A stretch of 64,000 nucleotides of DNA from Eledone cirrhosa. Lineage: Eukaryota. This document shows positions 12,846-27,649 of this stretch, in pieces. Below the pieces are notes generated by a model that was not told the origin of the DNA, made no database searches, and saw only the letters and a list, made by a program, of their open reading frames with translations. Numbering within the stretch: position 1 is the stretch's first letter; every line of letters begins with the position of its first letter. Location: assembly GCA_964016885.1 (NCBI GenBank), contig OZ024743.1, positions 275,280,001 through 275,344,000 of the forward strand. Reading direction: 5' to 3'. Both the position numbers and the translations under genes were made by a program.

Positions 12846-15311
12846 CTCTTTTACTCTTTTACCTGTTTCAGCCATCCGGCTGAGGCCTTGCTGGGGCACC
12901 GCCCTTGTTGCTACACATTTTATCTCCAGCCTGTATAGGTTGGCCACTGGTGTAAGAGGGAGTTTGTTGCTGCTGCCCTTAGGTTTCCCTCGTGCCTTGC
13001 TGTGGGCTCATCCGGGATCCTGGATAACAAGGTGCCGAGATGTTTCTTGAAGACATCCACCTCCACGTCATGCAAATCTCTCAGATCCCTCGGCAGCTTG
13101 TTGAAAAGTTGAGGCCCCTTGAATCCCAGGCTATTGCAATACCTGCTCCTTATTCTAGATGTGGAAGACGGGACCTTTGGCACCACACAGTGACCTCCTG
13201 TTCGACGGTTGGTCCAGCTCCCAATGCCAAAGTTTGGTGCTAGTCCCTCCAGGATTTTCCACATGTAGATCACTGCGTATCTCTCCCGTCTTCGCTCCAA
13301 GGAGTAGAGGTTCAGTTCCTTTAGCCTTTCCCAGTAGATTGTCTCCCTCATCTTGGCAATCCTCTTGGTGTAGCTTCGATGGATTGCCTCGAGCTCTGTA
13401 GTTAGTTTGACACTATGGGGTGACCACAACTGGGAGCAGTAGTCCAGGCGGCTTAGGACAAATGTCCTCCATAGTTTCAACATGGTGTCTCGATCTCTTG
13501 TCCGGAAAGTCCTCAAGATCCAGCCAGCGAGTCGTCTGCACATTGTCGCCACTTTCATGATGTGTGAAGAAAAAGATGCATCATCGCTCATGTCTATGCC
13601 CAGGTCTCGTATCGATTTTGACACGGGGGTATCGGTCCCTCCTGGTCCTGTGTAGTTGTGTTGTACTATATTTGTGTTTGGAGGTTTGTATTGTAGGGCT
13701 TGGAATTTGCCAGTATTAAACTGCATGTTGTTTTCTTCCACCCATTTGTATATGGCATCCAGATCCTGCTGTAAAAGGGCAGCGTCAGCCGGGTTTTTGA
13801 TTGCTTGTGCTACCTTAGTGTCATCAGCATAGCTAGTGAGGGATGTTGTTGTATGTACTACAGAGGGCATGTCTGAGAGAGCCACCAAAAACAGTAGTGG
13901 TCCCAGGACTGTCCCCTGGGGCACCCCACTTGTTATTGATGTTTCATTTGAGAGGGCCCCATTTGCTGCTACTGCCTGGCTTCTGTCCCTTAGGAAGCGA
14001 TGCAGCCACTCACCTACTTTTCCAGTTATGCCGAGTCCGTGTAGTTTGTGACATATCATTCCGTGGTCGACCTTGTCAAAGGCCTTCGCAAAGTCAAGAT
14101 ATATCACGTCCACATGTGAGCTGTCTAGTAGTTGTTTCAGTACCCAGTCGTAGTGATGTAGCAGCTGTGTAAGGCAGCTTCTTCCTGTGCGGAAGCCATA
14201 TTGCGTGCTAGTCAGGCGGTCATTTTCCTTGAGGAAGGTGATTAGTTTCTTTCTGACGACTCGCTCCATGACCTTACTGATATGCGACGTCAAGGAGACT
14301 GGCCTATAGTTCTTGGCCTCCGCTCTACTACCTCCTTTATGGATAGGGCATATTGTGCCTTCTTTCAGCTCCCTGGATAGTACACCGCTAGCCAAGGAGC
14401 TTCTGAAGAGCATCTTCAATGGAGTTGCTAAGGCCCGCTTACATATTTTTAAGAGAACTGCTGGGAATCCATCAGGTCCAACAGCCGAGTCTGTTCTAAT
14501 TTCATCAATGGCGTACACCACACCCTCCTCCGTTATGTCTATGTGGCTGATGGTTGCCATTTCTTCATGTAGTGTTGTGGCATCAAAGAACTCCTCTGGC
14601 TTCGTTATTTGCATGTGCCTCAGTGGACATGTGAAGACACTTTTGTACTGTTCGTTCAGTATTTCACATATCTCTTGGGGGTTTTCGGTTAATGAACCGT
14701 CCGTATGGAAGAGTGGCCCAATCTTGCAGTGTACTGAGGCAGTTTCTTTTGCAAATTTAAAGGCCTTAGGGTTTGTTTTAATGTTTTCTATGGCCCTGTT
14801 CTCTTTCTTTGCCCTCTCATTCTCATGGGAAAGCTTGAGTGCAATCTCGGTGCCAAGTAGTGCACATTTCAAATAGGATTCCTTCTTGTTTTTGTTTTGT
14901 TGACTATTCAACTGGTTTGAGAGTTTGGTTCTACGTCTCATAAGGATTTTCCTATCTCTGGGAATAAGATTTTTGTGTCTGTTTGCCGTTTTCTCCGGGA
15001 CAAACTTTTTGCATATAGTGTGTATCGTTGTCATGAAATGTTGAAATTGTGTGTTAGTGTCTTGTGTGGCGGTGTTTTCACTCCATGTTTGCTTCCGGAT
15101 TTCTCTCTTAATCTTTTTCCAGTTAGCCTTGTAGAAGTTAAGGCTGGATAACGTTCCGGAGCTTCTTGGTGATTTGTCTCTGTTGGTTCTCTTGGACCAC
15201 ATATCATTAGCTCTACTAAGTTATGATCAGAGAGAATTGTTGGTGTCACCTTTACATTGTGGATGAGCACTTCCTTGTTTGTAAAACAGAGGTCCAGGAC
15301 ATTTTCGCCTC
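12846..15311 (-). mobile_element. 5'-truncated CR1/L2-group LINE inserted in (TA)n
   Basis: End of the APE domain (ILSDHNLV, 15031-15270) frameshifted onto the RT ORF; 3' UTR stem-loop and GTAAAAGA tail repeats; TA tracts on both sides. Confidence 0.9.
12920..15202 (-). CDS. LINE ORF2 reverse transcriptase (760 aa open)
   Basis: [56 protein letters not shown]. Confidence 0.92.
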   Translation of the reverse strand: MWSKRTNRDKSPRSSGTLSSLNFYKANWKKIKREIRKQTWSENTATQDTNTQFQHFMTTIHTICKKFVPEKTANRHKNLIPRDRKILMRRRTKLSNQLNSQQNKNKKESYLKCALLGTEIALKLSHENERAKKENRAIENIKTNPKAFKFAKETASVHCKIGPLFHTDGSLTENPQEICEILNEQYKSVFTCPLRHMQITKPEEFFDATTLHEEMATISHIDITEEGVVYAIDEIRTDSAVGPDGFPAVLLKICKRALATPLKMLFRSSLASGVLSRELKEGTICPIHKGGSRAEAKNYRPVSLTSHISKVMERVVRKKLITFLKENDRLTSTQYGFRTGRSCLTQLLHHYDWVLKQLLDSSHVDVIYLDFAKAFDKVDHGMICHKLHGLGITGKVGEWLHRFLRDRSQAVAANGALSNETSITSGVPQGTVLGPLLFLVALSDMPSVVHTTTSLTSYADDTKVAQAIKNPADAALLQQDLDAIYKWVEENNMQFNTGKFQALQYKPPNTNIVQHNYTGPGGTDTPVSKSIRDLGIDMSDDASFSSHIMKVATMCRRLAGWILRTFRTRDRDTMLKLWRTFVLSRLDYCSQLWSPHSVKLTTELEAIHRSYTKRIAKMRETIYWERLKELNLYSLERRRERYAVIYMWKILEGLAPNFGIGSWTNRRTGGHCVVPKVPSSTSRIRSRYCNSLGFKGPQLFNKLPRDLRDLHDVEVDVFKKHLGTLLSRIPDEPTARHEGNLRAAATNSLLHQWPTYTGWR

Positions 15312-15335
15312 TTATATACGTATATATATATATAC

Positions 15336-15395
<60 letters not shown>

Positions 15396-15421
15396 GTTTA
15401 TATATATATATATATATATAC

Positions 15422-15493
<72 letters not shown>

Positions 15494-15496
15494 GTG

Positions 15497-15536
<40 letters not shown>

Positions 15537-15541
15537 TATAC

Positions 15542-16179
<638 letters not shown>

Positions 16180-16188
16180 GTCTGCTTC

Positions 16189-16332
<144 letters not shown>

Positions 16333-16855
16333 GTGTGTGCGTGTGTGTGTGTATCTGTACGTATGTTGGTGTATGTGCGCTCACACACACACATATACAC
16401 AGAGATACACGCACACATGCATAACAACCTGAAACAAGGTGTGTAGAAGGATAATTAATTGGGAAGGAAATTGAAGAGGAAATGAAAAAAAGTACACATC
16501 ACTCTGAGGGACGAGATGGAGGTTAAGGAAGAAGAAGAGGGAGGGAAGGGAAATGAGAAGGAGGTGAATAGTGGGCGATATAGGGGAGGGAAAGAGGAGT
16601 AGTCAGAGTGTGTGAAGGATCGAGGAGAGAGAGAAAGTGGTAGAGGGAGAGAAGTGTTGTTAAGAAGTTTTCTCATCAAAGATTCGGCCGTCTCATCACC
16701 AATGTCTTTGCAGTTGCTGCTGTTGTTGTTGTTGTTGCTACAGCAGCAATTGTTGTTGTTGCTGTAGTTGTTGTTTTTGATGTTGTTGTTGCTGCAGTTG
16801 TAGCAGTTGTTTTTGATGCAGCTGTTGTTTGTTGTTATTAATGATGATGAAGGGT

Positions 16856-17070
16856 TGTGGATTGGCAGTATCGGTAGAGGGTCGGATGCCATGCTTTGTA
16901 GCATAGAGTTACGGCCCTTTATGATCTGATTTCAAATCCCACCAAAGTTAACTTTGTCTTTCATCCTTACGGAGTCGATAAATTAAAGTACCGGTCACGC
17001 ACTGGGGTCGATTTAATCGACTTTCCCCTCCTCCAAAATTGCTGGCCTTGTGCCTATATAAGAAACCGTT
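16856..17070 (+). mobile_element. tRNA-derived SINE (Nin-domain type)
   Basis: Head TGGCAGTATCGGTAGAG..TTCAAATCCC; central CTTTCATCCTTACGGAGTCGATAAATTAAAGTACC; (GAT)n tail. Confidence 0.85.
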
Positions 17071-17072
17071 GT

Positions 17073-17111
<39 letters not shown>

Positions 17112-17489
17112 GAGGAGGAGGTTGTTGCTGTTTTTGTTGTTCTTGTTCTTGATACTGCTGTTGTTGTAGTTGTATCGGTTGTTGTTGTTGCTGTTGTTGT
17201 TGTTGTAGTTGCTTCTGTTGTTGTTGTTGCTGCTGTTGTTGTAATTGTTGTCGTGTTGTTGTTGCTGTTCTGCAGTTGTACTTGTTGCTGTAGTACTTGC
17301 TACTACTGCTGCTGTTGTTTTTGTTGCACCTGTTGTTTTTTATGTAGTTGTTGCTGCTGCTGTTTAGCCTCAGAACAACTCTGATCGAGGAAACCTATGA
17401 TCAAAGGTCTTCCAGTCGTGACCATCCTGTTATTATAGGGGCGTACGTTATACAATGGAAGCGGTTTGTGGGTCCCAAACTTTTTATTT

Positions 17490-17830
17490 TGTTTAATGTT
17501 ATCAGTTGGTTATTGTCATCATACAATGGAAGCTGTTTATCATAATCACGAATAACGTTATCAGTCGGTTATTGTTATCAAAATTAGCGGGGCTCAAACC
17601 CTTCACTTAATCTTATCAGATGGTTATAGTTATCAAAATTAGTGGGGTTCAAAACTCTTCGCTTAATCTTATCAAATGGCTATTGTTATCGAAAAGATTT
17701 GTCTCAAAAGGATTATCAAAATTAGTGGGACCCAATCTTTTTTTTTTTTTTTGGCTTAATGTTATCGGTTAGTATATGTTATCGGTTAGTATATGTTATC
17801 AGTCGGTTAAATTTATCGAAAAGACTTCAT
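17490..17830. repeat. degenerate tandem repeat (TTATCAG.YGGTTATTGTTATC)
   Basis: About 6 diverged units seen directly. Confidence 0.6.
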
Positions 17831-19913
17831 CCCAAGATAGTCAGAATAAGCGATTTCTAATGTGATTTTTAGGAGGATCTTAGCTACTATTTCAAACTCC
17901 TCTGTTAGTTGTTTTTAAGATATGCACAAAGACAGAAATTTGGAGGTAGGGAAGGGGTTAGCCGATAAAACCAACCCCAATACTTGAGAAGGCACCTAGC
18001 CAAGAGGTTATGGGGTTGGACTCACGATTATAAGGTTATGTGTTCGATTCCTGAACCGAGCGGCTCATTGTGCTCTTGAGCAAATCACTTCATTTCACGT
18101 TGTTGTTCCTGTTCGGGATGGGGGGGTCACTGAAATGCACGTGGAACCTACATAAAAATGAACTGTAAATTTCATGTTTTTCTATCATTTGAGTTCATGA
18201 TTGATTTGTACTTTATTTTATTGAACCCAAAAGGAATCATAGGGGGCACTGTCCCGGCATGTGCCGTGCCTTGGGCATTTTAAAACCTAACGGAGCCCAT
18301 CCCTCTCCTGGTCGGTATACAGCCGATTTCTTCCAGAAAAAAAATTAATAAATAAAAATAAAATACGAATCGTCCTCAGTTACTGAACTGTTATTTTATT
18401 TATCGACCTCGAAATGATGAAAGGCAATGTTGACCTCAACATGATTTGAACTCAGAGAGAGAGGAGCCGGAACAAATACTTTGGCGCTTTTAATCCGACA
18501 CCTTAACGACTCCTCTAATTCGCCGCCTTAACCCTTTAGTATTTAAACTGGCCATATCCGGCCAGAATTCTCTCACCTTTTTCTGTTCAAACCAGCTGTA
18601 TAGGCCACTCATACTGATGTTAAGGTATTGTTCTCAAAATAAATAACATCAAAATCTCATAGATTCGATATTCTGTGAGATAATTAAGAAAGGCAAAGTT
18701 GACCTCGGCAAGATTTGAACACAGGACGTAAAGGAAGCACAACGACTGCCACAAAGAAAAGCAGAGGGGCAATCATTAACCCCTTCTCCTAAATACAGTT
18801 CTCCTCTACTTGATGACCTTCATTTGATGAGGTGTAAGAATGTGCTTGTCAATACATAAGGTAGACATAGAGACGGACAGAAAAAAAGAAGAGAGGGAGG
18901 GGGGTGAGAAAAATGGAAAGAGTGAGAAAGATAGTTTGAGAGAAGGACAAAGAGAGTAAGAGACAGAGAGGCACAAAGAAACAAACACAGAGGGAGGAGA
19001 GTGTGAGACAGAGAGCGACAGGGGTAAAAGAGGAAGAAAGACAGAAAGAAAGGTAAACGGATAGACAGACCGAAATAGAGAAGAAGAAATCCACACACAA
19101 AGAGAGGCAGGCGGGGGTGAGGGGGAAAAGAGGAAGACTGAGAGAGAGAGGGGGGGAGACAGAAAGAGGGCGAGGGAGAGAGGTAGAAAGAGAGAAAGAA
19201 ACACACACACAAAGAAAGGCAAACAGGTAGACAGACCAAAATATATAGAGAGAGAGACCTACATACAAAGAGAGGGAGAGAGAGAGAGACCTACATACAA
19301 AGAGAGGGAGAGAGTGTGAGAGAGACCCACATACAAAGCAAGGGGGAGAGAGAGGGGGAAGAGGAAGAGAAAGAGAGAGAGAAGCGGGCACACACAAAAA
19401 GAGGCAGAGAGAGAGAGAGAGAGGCCCTCACACAAAGAAAGGCAGAGAGAAAGAGGAAAGAGGAAGGAAGACAGAAAGAGAAAGATAAGGAGAGAGAGAA
19501 ACGCACACAAACATACACATAAAGAGAGACAAACAAATAGACAAAGAGAGGCAGAGAGAGAAAGAGAGAGACAGACATAAGTCCATTGAGACACATGTAT
19601 CATGCATGCCAGAACCTCATCAATTTTCACTTGATGCTGGGATTTCACGTGGAAAATATTTCGTAGTAAATTAATGGCCTCGCTATTAAAAAGAAAAGAT
19701 AGAAAAAATTCAATAAACTGCTTCAAAAAGTCCAAAAATACTCATTTTGACTTGAATAAGTGAAAAAATAAACACTTTTTTTTTTTTGTTTTCTTTCTGT
19801 TTTCTGGGGTTTTTTAAACTGTTCTTCATAATTAAGAAAACTATACAAAACATTTGAGAGAGATGGGGGGATTATTTAAATATTTAATAAAGTCTCATAT
19901 ATTCATATATATG

Positions 19914-19969
<56 letters not shown>

Positions 19970-19971
<2 letters not shown>

Positions 19972-20142
19972 GGGTTTAATCGGGGGTAACCACAGTAAGT
20001 AAAGTACTCAATACATAGCAGAGTATAAATATTTAATATAGAAATGGCTTCAACAAGACTAGTACTGTTTCATTCCAAGGAAATCATCAGGGCTTTCCTG
20101 GTGATTTCCTTGGAATGAAACAGTTCTAGTCCTGTAGAAGCC

Positions 20143-20146
<4 letters not shown>
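19970..20146. mobile_element. family H hairpin cassette with degenerate HHR
   Basis: Arms ~20042-20090 / 20096-20146; minus strand reads CTGATGA-TTTCCTTGGAAT-GAAAC-AGTACTA-GTC. Confidence 0.55.
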
Positions 20147-20193
<47 letters not shown>

Positions 20194-20324
20194 GAAGTTA
20201 TATTTAATTTGTCGGAATTCCAACAAACTTAAATGCTTATAACTGATATAGAGCACTCAACAAATTACTGGATTAAATATTCCAAGATATTAATAAATGA
20301 AAACTATATTTATAAAACCATATT

Positions 20325-20389
20325 TATTTTATTATATATATTTCAAGGGCGACCAAGCCTATCTTGGTGCCCTTTCATCAGATGAAATA
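20325..20389 (-). ncRNA. minimal type I hammerhead ribozyme (family I, 20191-20486)
   Basis: TATTTCAT-CTGATGA-AAGGGCACCAAG-ATAGG-CTTGGTCGCCCTT-GAA-ATATATAT-A^ATAAAATA; the element 5' end is a ~30-bp-arm hairpin at 20420-20485. Confidence 0.85.
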
Positions 20390-20479
20390 CAAAATTTGTT
20401 TTATAAGTAACGACATAACCATGGAAAACAACCTTAACGGTTGAAAATTCCAGCAAATTTTCAACCGTTAAGGTTGTTT

Positions 20480-21008
20480 TCCATGAAATCCGGCTTTGTG
20501 CAGCTCCCGGCTAACAGTTTTTGTGGAAACTGGGTTCTCGAGGTGGTCATTAAGCTCTGCAGTAATTTGGGGAGCTGTAATTTTGTGATCCTTTCTAACA
20601 ATTCACGTAAGAGTCTGACGGTCCCTATCTGAAAGTTTTGGTTTTCTTCCGGAGATTTGTTTCGACGAGGAGGTTTTTCCCTCTTTCTCAAAGGCTGTCA
20701 TTACTTTCGAGACAGTACTTCTTGATACACCAAACATTTCGACTGTTTTCGTCACGCTAGCGCCTGCCATACGAGCACCAACAATTTGACCTCTTTGAAA
20801 GTCCGATAGATCTGTCATTTTAATGAATTTTAATTACCTTTTTCTGATGATATCTGAAAAGAAACAGCAATTTTAACAAAACCTATTAAGCAACACTAAT
20901 AATAAATAAAAAAAACATAAAAATAAACAAGTTTTTGACGGTTTTATAGATATTTCAAAATTATGATGCTATCATGCTAGGTGTTTCCATTATTTTGTCC
21001 AACCCCTG
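20480..21008 (-). mobile_element. Tc1 transposon 5' half
   Basis: TIR CAGGGGTTGGACAAAATAATGGAAACACC next to TA; HTH sequence MTDLSDFQRGQIVGARMAGASVTKTVEMFGVSRSTVSKV. Confidence 0.88.
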
Positions 21009-21172
21009 TATATATATAGAGAGAGAGAGAGATTATATACAGATTAGAGCAAACATCACGAGCGCTCTATCTCAAAATTATTTTTGAAAAGCATTAGAAA
21101 TGCGCAACCGGTAAAAACTTAAAACTAAAACTGAATACTAACCAATACTTATTACTAATTTATACTTATTCC

Positions 21173-21353
21173 GGTGGATTGGCAGTATCGGTAGAGGGTC
21201 GGACGCCATGCTTTCCAGCATAGTTACGTCCCTTTACGATCTGAGTTCAAATCCCGCCGAGGTTGACTTTGCCTTTCATCCTTACGGGGTCGATAAAATA
21301 AAGTACCAGTAATGCACTGGGTGATTGCTGGCCTTGTGCCTAAAGTAGAAACA
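21173..21353 (+). mobile_element. full-length tRNA-derived Nin-domain SINE with 22-bp TSD
   Basis: TSD ATTACTAATTTATACTTATTCC at 21151-21172 and 21354-21375; A and B boxes; GCCTTTCATCCTTACGGGGTCGATAAAATAAAGTACCAG. Confidence 0.92.
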
Positions 21354-21492
21354 ATTACTAATTTATACTTATTCCTAATTAAACTATTTTTCACTGGGAA
21401 AAATTTGTCAGCATTTTCTTTTCCTTTTACTAATATATCACAACTCGTGTGTTACACCTCTATTTTTTTAAATATATATATATATATATATA

Positions 21493-21567
21493 CAGGGTGT
21501 CCTAAAGAAATGTATACACACTTCAACAGGATGCTAATCAAAGTGTGTATTTGGGGGGGGGGGCCTG
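21493..21567. mobile_element. Tc1/mariner-type MITE
   Basis: Same family as 196-296; flanked by TA. Confidence 0.65.
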
Positions 21568-21864
21568 TACATATATATATATATAAACTATAATAAAGTA
21601 AGGGGTGCGGGACTGCGTCAAGAATATATTTATTTATCCCGTTTGTAAAATAAGTTGGATTACTTTGAATAAATAATGAATGAATATTACATAATTTATC
21701 TACTAAATTTCGTTATTCTTGATTAAATATAAATAATTTTGTCGCTTATTTTAAGATTCACTTCTTTAAAATTTTCAAATGTCAACACTTCCGGTTAGCG
21801 ATCGCTTAAATAAACATTCATATATTCCCGTCAGTAATTTTCTCCTAATGCACTTTATATATAA

Positions 21865-22490
<626 letters not shown>

Positions 22491-22903
22491 ACCTCTGTCA
22501 TTTTCGTTTTCAATTTTATTTACATCATTCTTAAACTCCGGGGCTGGAAATCATTCTGTTATGTTAAATAGAATATTAGTCTAACGACTCCATTTATACC
22601 ATAAACTTGGTCTTGTCTTTGCATGAAATTGTTCTTCTTGATCCACATAACGACGTATTATCCTCGCTATTTTTCCCATTCATTGCCAGGGAACGTCTTC
22701 ACGAACCAAAATATCGTCTTCCTGTTTTCGTTCGGTTGGAACGTTTCTCGAAATATTGACTTCTGCGTTCACAGATTACTCTCAGTTCAATTTGAATGGG
22801 AAATTCCTGTTTCATCGATTTTCTCCGTAACCATGGAAGCTTGTACCCTAAAAGTCGACCCAACGCCTCTTCGGGTCATTCTGCATAACTGTGTAAATTT
22901 TCG

Positions 22904-23008
22904 CTGCATTCCACCAAGCCGTTTCGACGTTTATCCGACTGCATTCCACCAAGCCGTTTCGACGTTTATCCGACTGCATTCCACCAAGCCATTTCGACGT
23001 TTATCCGA
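22904..23008. repeat. 35-bp tandem repeat x3
   Basis: CTGCATTCCACCAAGCCGTTTCGACGTTTATCCGA head-to-tail, no spacers. Confidence 0.9.
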
Positions 23009-23898
23009 CTACACCTACTTACTTAAATATACAACGTCCGACCACTTCCAATTTATATAATAGATATCGTCTTTTTTCAATGTATCATGGATTACGTTAC
23101 TGATTACATAAGACAGTGTAACGCAGTTGCAGTCTTCGATCAATTTCTGTGTATATTGTCTATTACGATTTTATTTGATGTATCATATCTACATGTATAT
23201 ATAGTTGCGTATAATATCAATATGCACACTACACATGCTTGCAGAAAACTACCCGAAGGGTGGTTTTTCTGCTAGCATGTGTAGTATAAATAATAAAATT
23301 AGGGAGGATAAGAATGAACACGTTCGTCACAGATTAATAATAATAAAATTAGGATAATTGACAGAGAGAAGACAACGAACGAAAACAAGGCAGAACAAAA
23401 AGGTGACGCCTTAAAGCATTTTGTTTTTCTTTTTAAATAAAAAAGATAAACGAAAGACAGAGAACTCCAAGGTATTCAACCGTTAAGATGGACTTCTGAC
23501 AGTTTCGACCCCTACCGACGGTACTGCTAGTCCACTCGGGGTCACAGCGTCTGACAAACAAACCAAAGCGTTTTCCGTGGAGTTACAGACAAGACAAAAC
23601 AATAACTTACAGCAATTAAGCTATAACAGGTACACATAGAATTTTATGTGACGACTAGAAGGTATTGTGCGTTTTATAGCAACGGTAGTCACATGAGACT
23701 AAAGTAAAGGAGGAAAACAAAAAGAAAGGAAAATAAGGCAAGAAGAAGAAAGTAAGATATCGTGTTAAAAATGTAATCCATTGGAATTATTGGGAGTAGA
23801 AGAATGAACACGTTCGTTGATTCAGTAGATTTGTGGTTTACTAAGGAAGGTACCAATATTAGCACTAAAGGCTTTACAGGGAGTATATAATAAGAACA

Positions 23899-24068
23899 AA
23901 ACGAGGTTTTACATTTAGGTTTTTATTGATTAGACTCAATTACGAACGTTTCGTAGATGGGTGGCTCAGGATCAATATTAGTGTTATAATATGGATACTG
24001 AGCCATCTATCTGTGAAACGTTCGTAACTGAGCCTAATCAATAAAAACTAAAATGTGAAATCTCGTTT
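23899..24068. mobile_element. fold-back cassette with HHR 3' half
   Basis: ~80-bp imperfect arms; right arm has GAA-ACG-TT-CGT-A at 24015-24026; followed by (TA)n. Confidence 0.65.
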
Positions 24069-24383
24069 ATATATATATATATATACATATGTATATGTAT
24101 ATATGTGTGTGACTTTAAATTACCGTAGTATTTAAAACTTTCAAATGACCCTCAATGACCTAAAACATTCAAATGACAACTAAATGACCCTCAATGCTGG
24201 TGGGTAGAATGTAGAAATTTATTTTCTAAATAGAGAAGTTGAAGTGACTTCGAAAGTTCAGCTTGGTCGCTTACGTGGCTATACACACACACACACACAC
24301 ACACACGTGCGTGTGTGTACAGCCAGAATTAACACACAGTACAATGAAGAAATATATTATTAGTCTTACGCTTGATATAGTAG

Positions 24384-24436
<53 letters not shown>

Positions 24437-24664
24437 AGCTTGTTGTGTGTCACCCAGGGGTCAAGGTGTGGACAGATTTCGCTACATATATATATATATA
24501 TATATATATAAGTTATATGTAAGTTATATGTAATCCAGTTAGAGGTTGTGAATACTTCGTATTGTGGATAGTTTTAGCGTACAGCGTTGTTTGACTCAAC
24601 AAGAGGTTTCCGTAGGTGGCGAGTTTATTAGTTCTCTTGCATTCCTATGTAAGTTGTATTTTTC

Positions 24665-24856
24665 TAACCTGTGGCGTTCGAGACGATCGGTGGATTTGGG
24701 CCGCTGACAGCGAAGTTCTTGTCATCACTGGCGGCTCACCTTACTGAGATGTCAGGTGATGCCCGTGATGATGCCTGGTTATTTCAGCGCCTTAGTCTCA
24801 CCATCACCCGTGGTAATGATGCAAGCGTGTTGGCTTGCCTGAAGGTGTTGAGGTGA
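24665..24856 (+). mobile_element. CRE-clade non-LTR retrotransposon 3' fragment
   Basis: AFETIGGFGPLTAKFL...WLFQRLSLTITRGNDASVL is the typical CRE C-terminus. Confidence 0.75.
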
Positions 24857-25291
24857 GGCCGATTATCACACTTGCTGGTGATTTCCCCCCCCCCCCCTTC
24901 TTTTTCCTTCTTTTTTCTTTCCTTTATTATTTTTGTTCAATGAATTTATATTCTTGTGTTGTTATACACGATTTGGACATATTTGTCCTGAACGAATTGC
25001 GAGCAATTTATAAAGTTATTTACGCATTTGTTATGTTATTCATGTATACATTTAAAACATATTTGCAACGTTATTCTACTGTAAATTTATACAATTGTAA
25101 TAAAATATTTTACTATATAAGAAAAAGGGAAAAGAATGACTTCACTTGGAGTTGGTATTCTAAGTAATTTAATTTCATAATTTTACAATTTTGCTATATT
25201 ATTATTATTAAAAGATCGGAGGCCATAAACAGTTGATTCAGGTTTATTTAAACCTCCGTTATACATATTTCACTTAGGACTATCAGTTATG

Positions 25292-25617
25292 ATAGCCTGG
25301 GCTCTTCATACGGCAAAACCTATAAACAACTTGAAAACATTGAAAGTTCATAAAAAAAACTTTAAATTTGAAAAAAAAAACATTTATTTCCTCGAAAAAA
25401 AATGGACTTTTCTTGAAACAGGGGGCCGGCCAAACACGTGGTGTTGTTTCTTCGACGGCCGGCCCCTGTATTCGAAGAAACAACACCACGCGTTCTGCCG
25501 GCCCCTGTATCAAGAAAAGTAAATCTTTTTCGAGGAAATTATTGGGTTTTTTTTTCCAAATTTTAAGTTTTTTTAGGCACTATTTTAGGCTTTGCCGTCT
25601 GAAGAGCTGAGGTTACC
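25292..25617. mobile_element. palindromic fold-back MITE
   Basis: Ends GCTCTTCATACGGCAAAACCTA / TAGGCTTTGCCGTCTGAAGAGC; self-complementary throughout; the motif CCGGCCCCTGT occurs three times. Confidence 0.65.
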
Positions 25618-27649
25618 AGAACTATTATTTATTCAACTACGCCTCCAGAATGTGCACGAACGCACACAGAGGTATACTCCGATTACTGCGAGTAAAGAGT
25701 GCCGCAAGATCCTCGCAATATTCAAATATGGAATGGACCTTCGTCGGTTTCGCAGATGAGTGTTCCAGTTGTTTGATCAACAGAACAGTCTGTTCATGAA
25801 ATTAACGTGTATGTGGTTGAACATTCCACAGACATGTGTACATTTAATTTAATTCTCAGGAAGATTCGGCGTGACACAATGTGTGACAAGGCTGGCCCGT
25901 TAATTTACAAGTATAGTCCATGCGACGGGCTCCGAAACAGTCTCCGCCTATACAATGTTATTCATAAGACATGGATCTACCCGTGGTTATAATAAATGAT
26001 ACTTGCCTTGGATGCTACGTAGTGGAATCGAACCCAGGACCAAATGATTGCGAAACGAACTTCTTAACCATTCGGCCGTGCTACGTCCACGTTCGAACAT
26101 ATAGATACATGTAAAATCGTCGATGGGCGGGAAGACTTTGAAAATTACTTTTTTTGTTGTTGTAGTTGTAATTGTCTGGCTTAATCTCAGATGGTGTATT
26201 CAAATTGAAGCAATTACTGTGAAAGAGAGTCATTTTAGTGAACAGAAAAATGTTGACACCAAGATATAAATTAACGTTTAAAATCGGATCGATGGCAGCC
26301 TGTCTGAGGAAGGAGTCCTGCAAGGTGGCGTAGCTGTTGCAGCAGGTGTCACTGGCCACTGTCCACGGAAATGCCTTTGCCATTTTGTTCGCGGGTGCAA
26401 CCAAAATACCGCTCTGACCGAGGTGTAGAGTTTGTCACTCTCTCCCCTTCCCCCTTCATGTCTTCCTTTGACTAAAAGTCCTTGCGCTCCCCCTCCTTTT
26501 CCTCCCATTTATGGCATTAATAGTCCTTTCCAATGCTGCTTTCTTTTTCTGTATGTTTGACCAATTTAAAGTTAAGATAAATAAATAAATTTATTATGTA
26601 AAAATAAAATGTTAGTGACTGAGCATTCCACAGACGTGTGTATTTAACTTAATTCTCAGGGACTTTTTTATGCTGTAAATACTATTTTTCTTCCTTGAAA
26701 TCCCTTGTGAAATAAAACACACGAAAATCGATAGCAATAAAGAAAATATATGGATTGGACACAGGTTTATGTTTTACGAGTTGTATCAGAATATACCAAA
26801 AAATTAATGCTTTTATATCATGTTTGTTGTTTTTTATTTTTGTAAAAGAGATGTTTCCTCTTTCCTTTCTTCTTTTTCTTTTCTTTGTGCAAGGCTCCAT
26901 AGCAGCTGAGTATATTTCTAACGTCTTCTGGCATGTAGATTTGCATTCCTTACCATCTGCTGTCTTTAGGTTCTTTAATTTACAAATATTTCGTTTGCGT
27001 ATCAACTTCATCATTTCTGTCTTGGTTACCATCCTCATTATAAGCACGTTGCTGCTCTCAAGTTAAAATTTCATTATTGACTTCCACATCATTTGCATGG
27101 TTTCGTAGTTAAGGTGTTGGAATCACGATCATAAGGTTGTGAGTTCGATTCCTGAACTAAGCGGTGCATTGTGTTCTTAAGCAAGACGCTCTACTTCACG
27201 TTGGTTTTCGTTATGGGACTAGGACCTTTATCATTAAAACATCCAAGAAAACTTCCTATGATATACAACCTCGGAATAGGCCAGCTGAACTTCTATAAGT
27301 GTGAGCTGAAATTTTCATATTTCATTCTTTCCTTTTCTTTTTTTTTTCACATCAAGCAAGTCAACCACTTCTGTTCTCTATTGTAGATATTCCCAGGAGT
27401 AAACCAAACTGAGTTATTTCTTCTATTCTCACCCCTGGAATATTTTTGAGTTCCCATATAGTCTCGGTAAGCATTAGAACGTTAGATAGAATGCTTTTCA
27501 GTATTTGTTCCGGTTCTCTACGTTCTGAGTTCAAATCCCGCCGAGATCTGCATTGTTTCTTTCCAAAGACCATTTTCAAAAATAAACATCATTTGGTCAT
27601 TCCATGAGAGTATCTTGGTCAGCCTATGAAGTTTTCTGCCGACCCTTGT

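Noticed and set aside
14313-14876. 187-aa plus-strand ORF and neighbours
   Set aside because: These are antisense shadows of the LINE RT ORF.
22904-23008. 35-bp repeats of CRISPR-like length
   Set aside because: The repeats are head-to-tail with no spacers, no cas genes, and a eukaryotic context.
26278-26508. GC-rich segment as a possible host exon or CRE fragment
   Set aside because: No convincing motif or splice pair was found; left unassigned.
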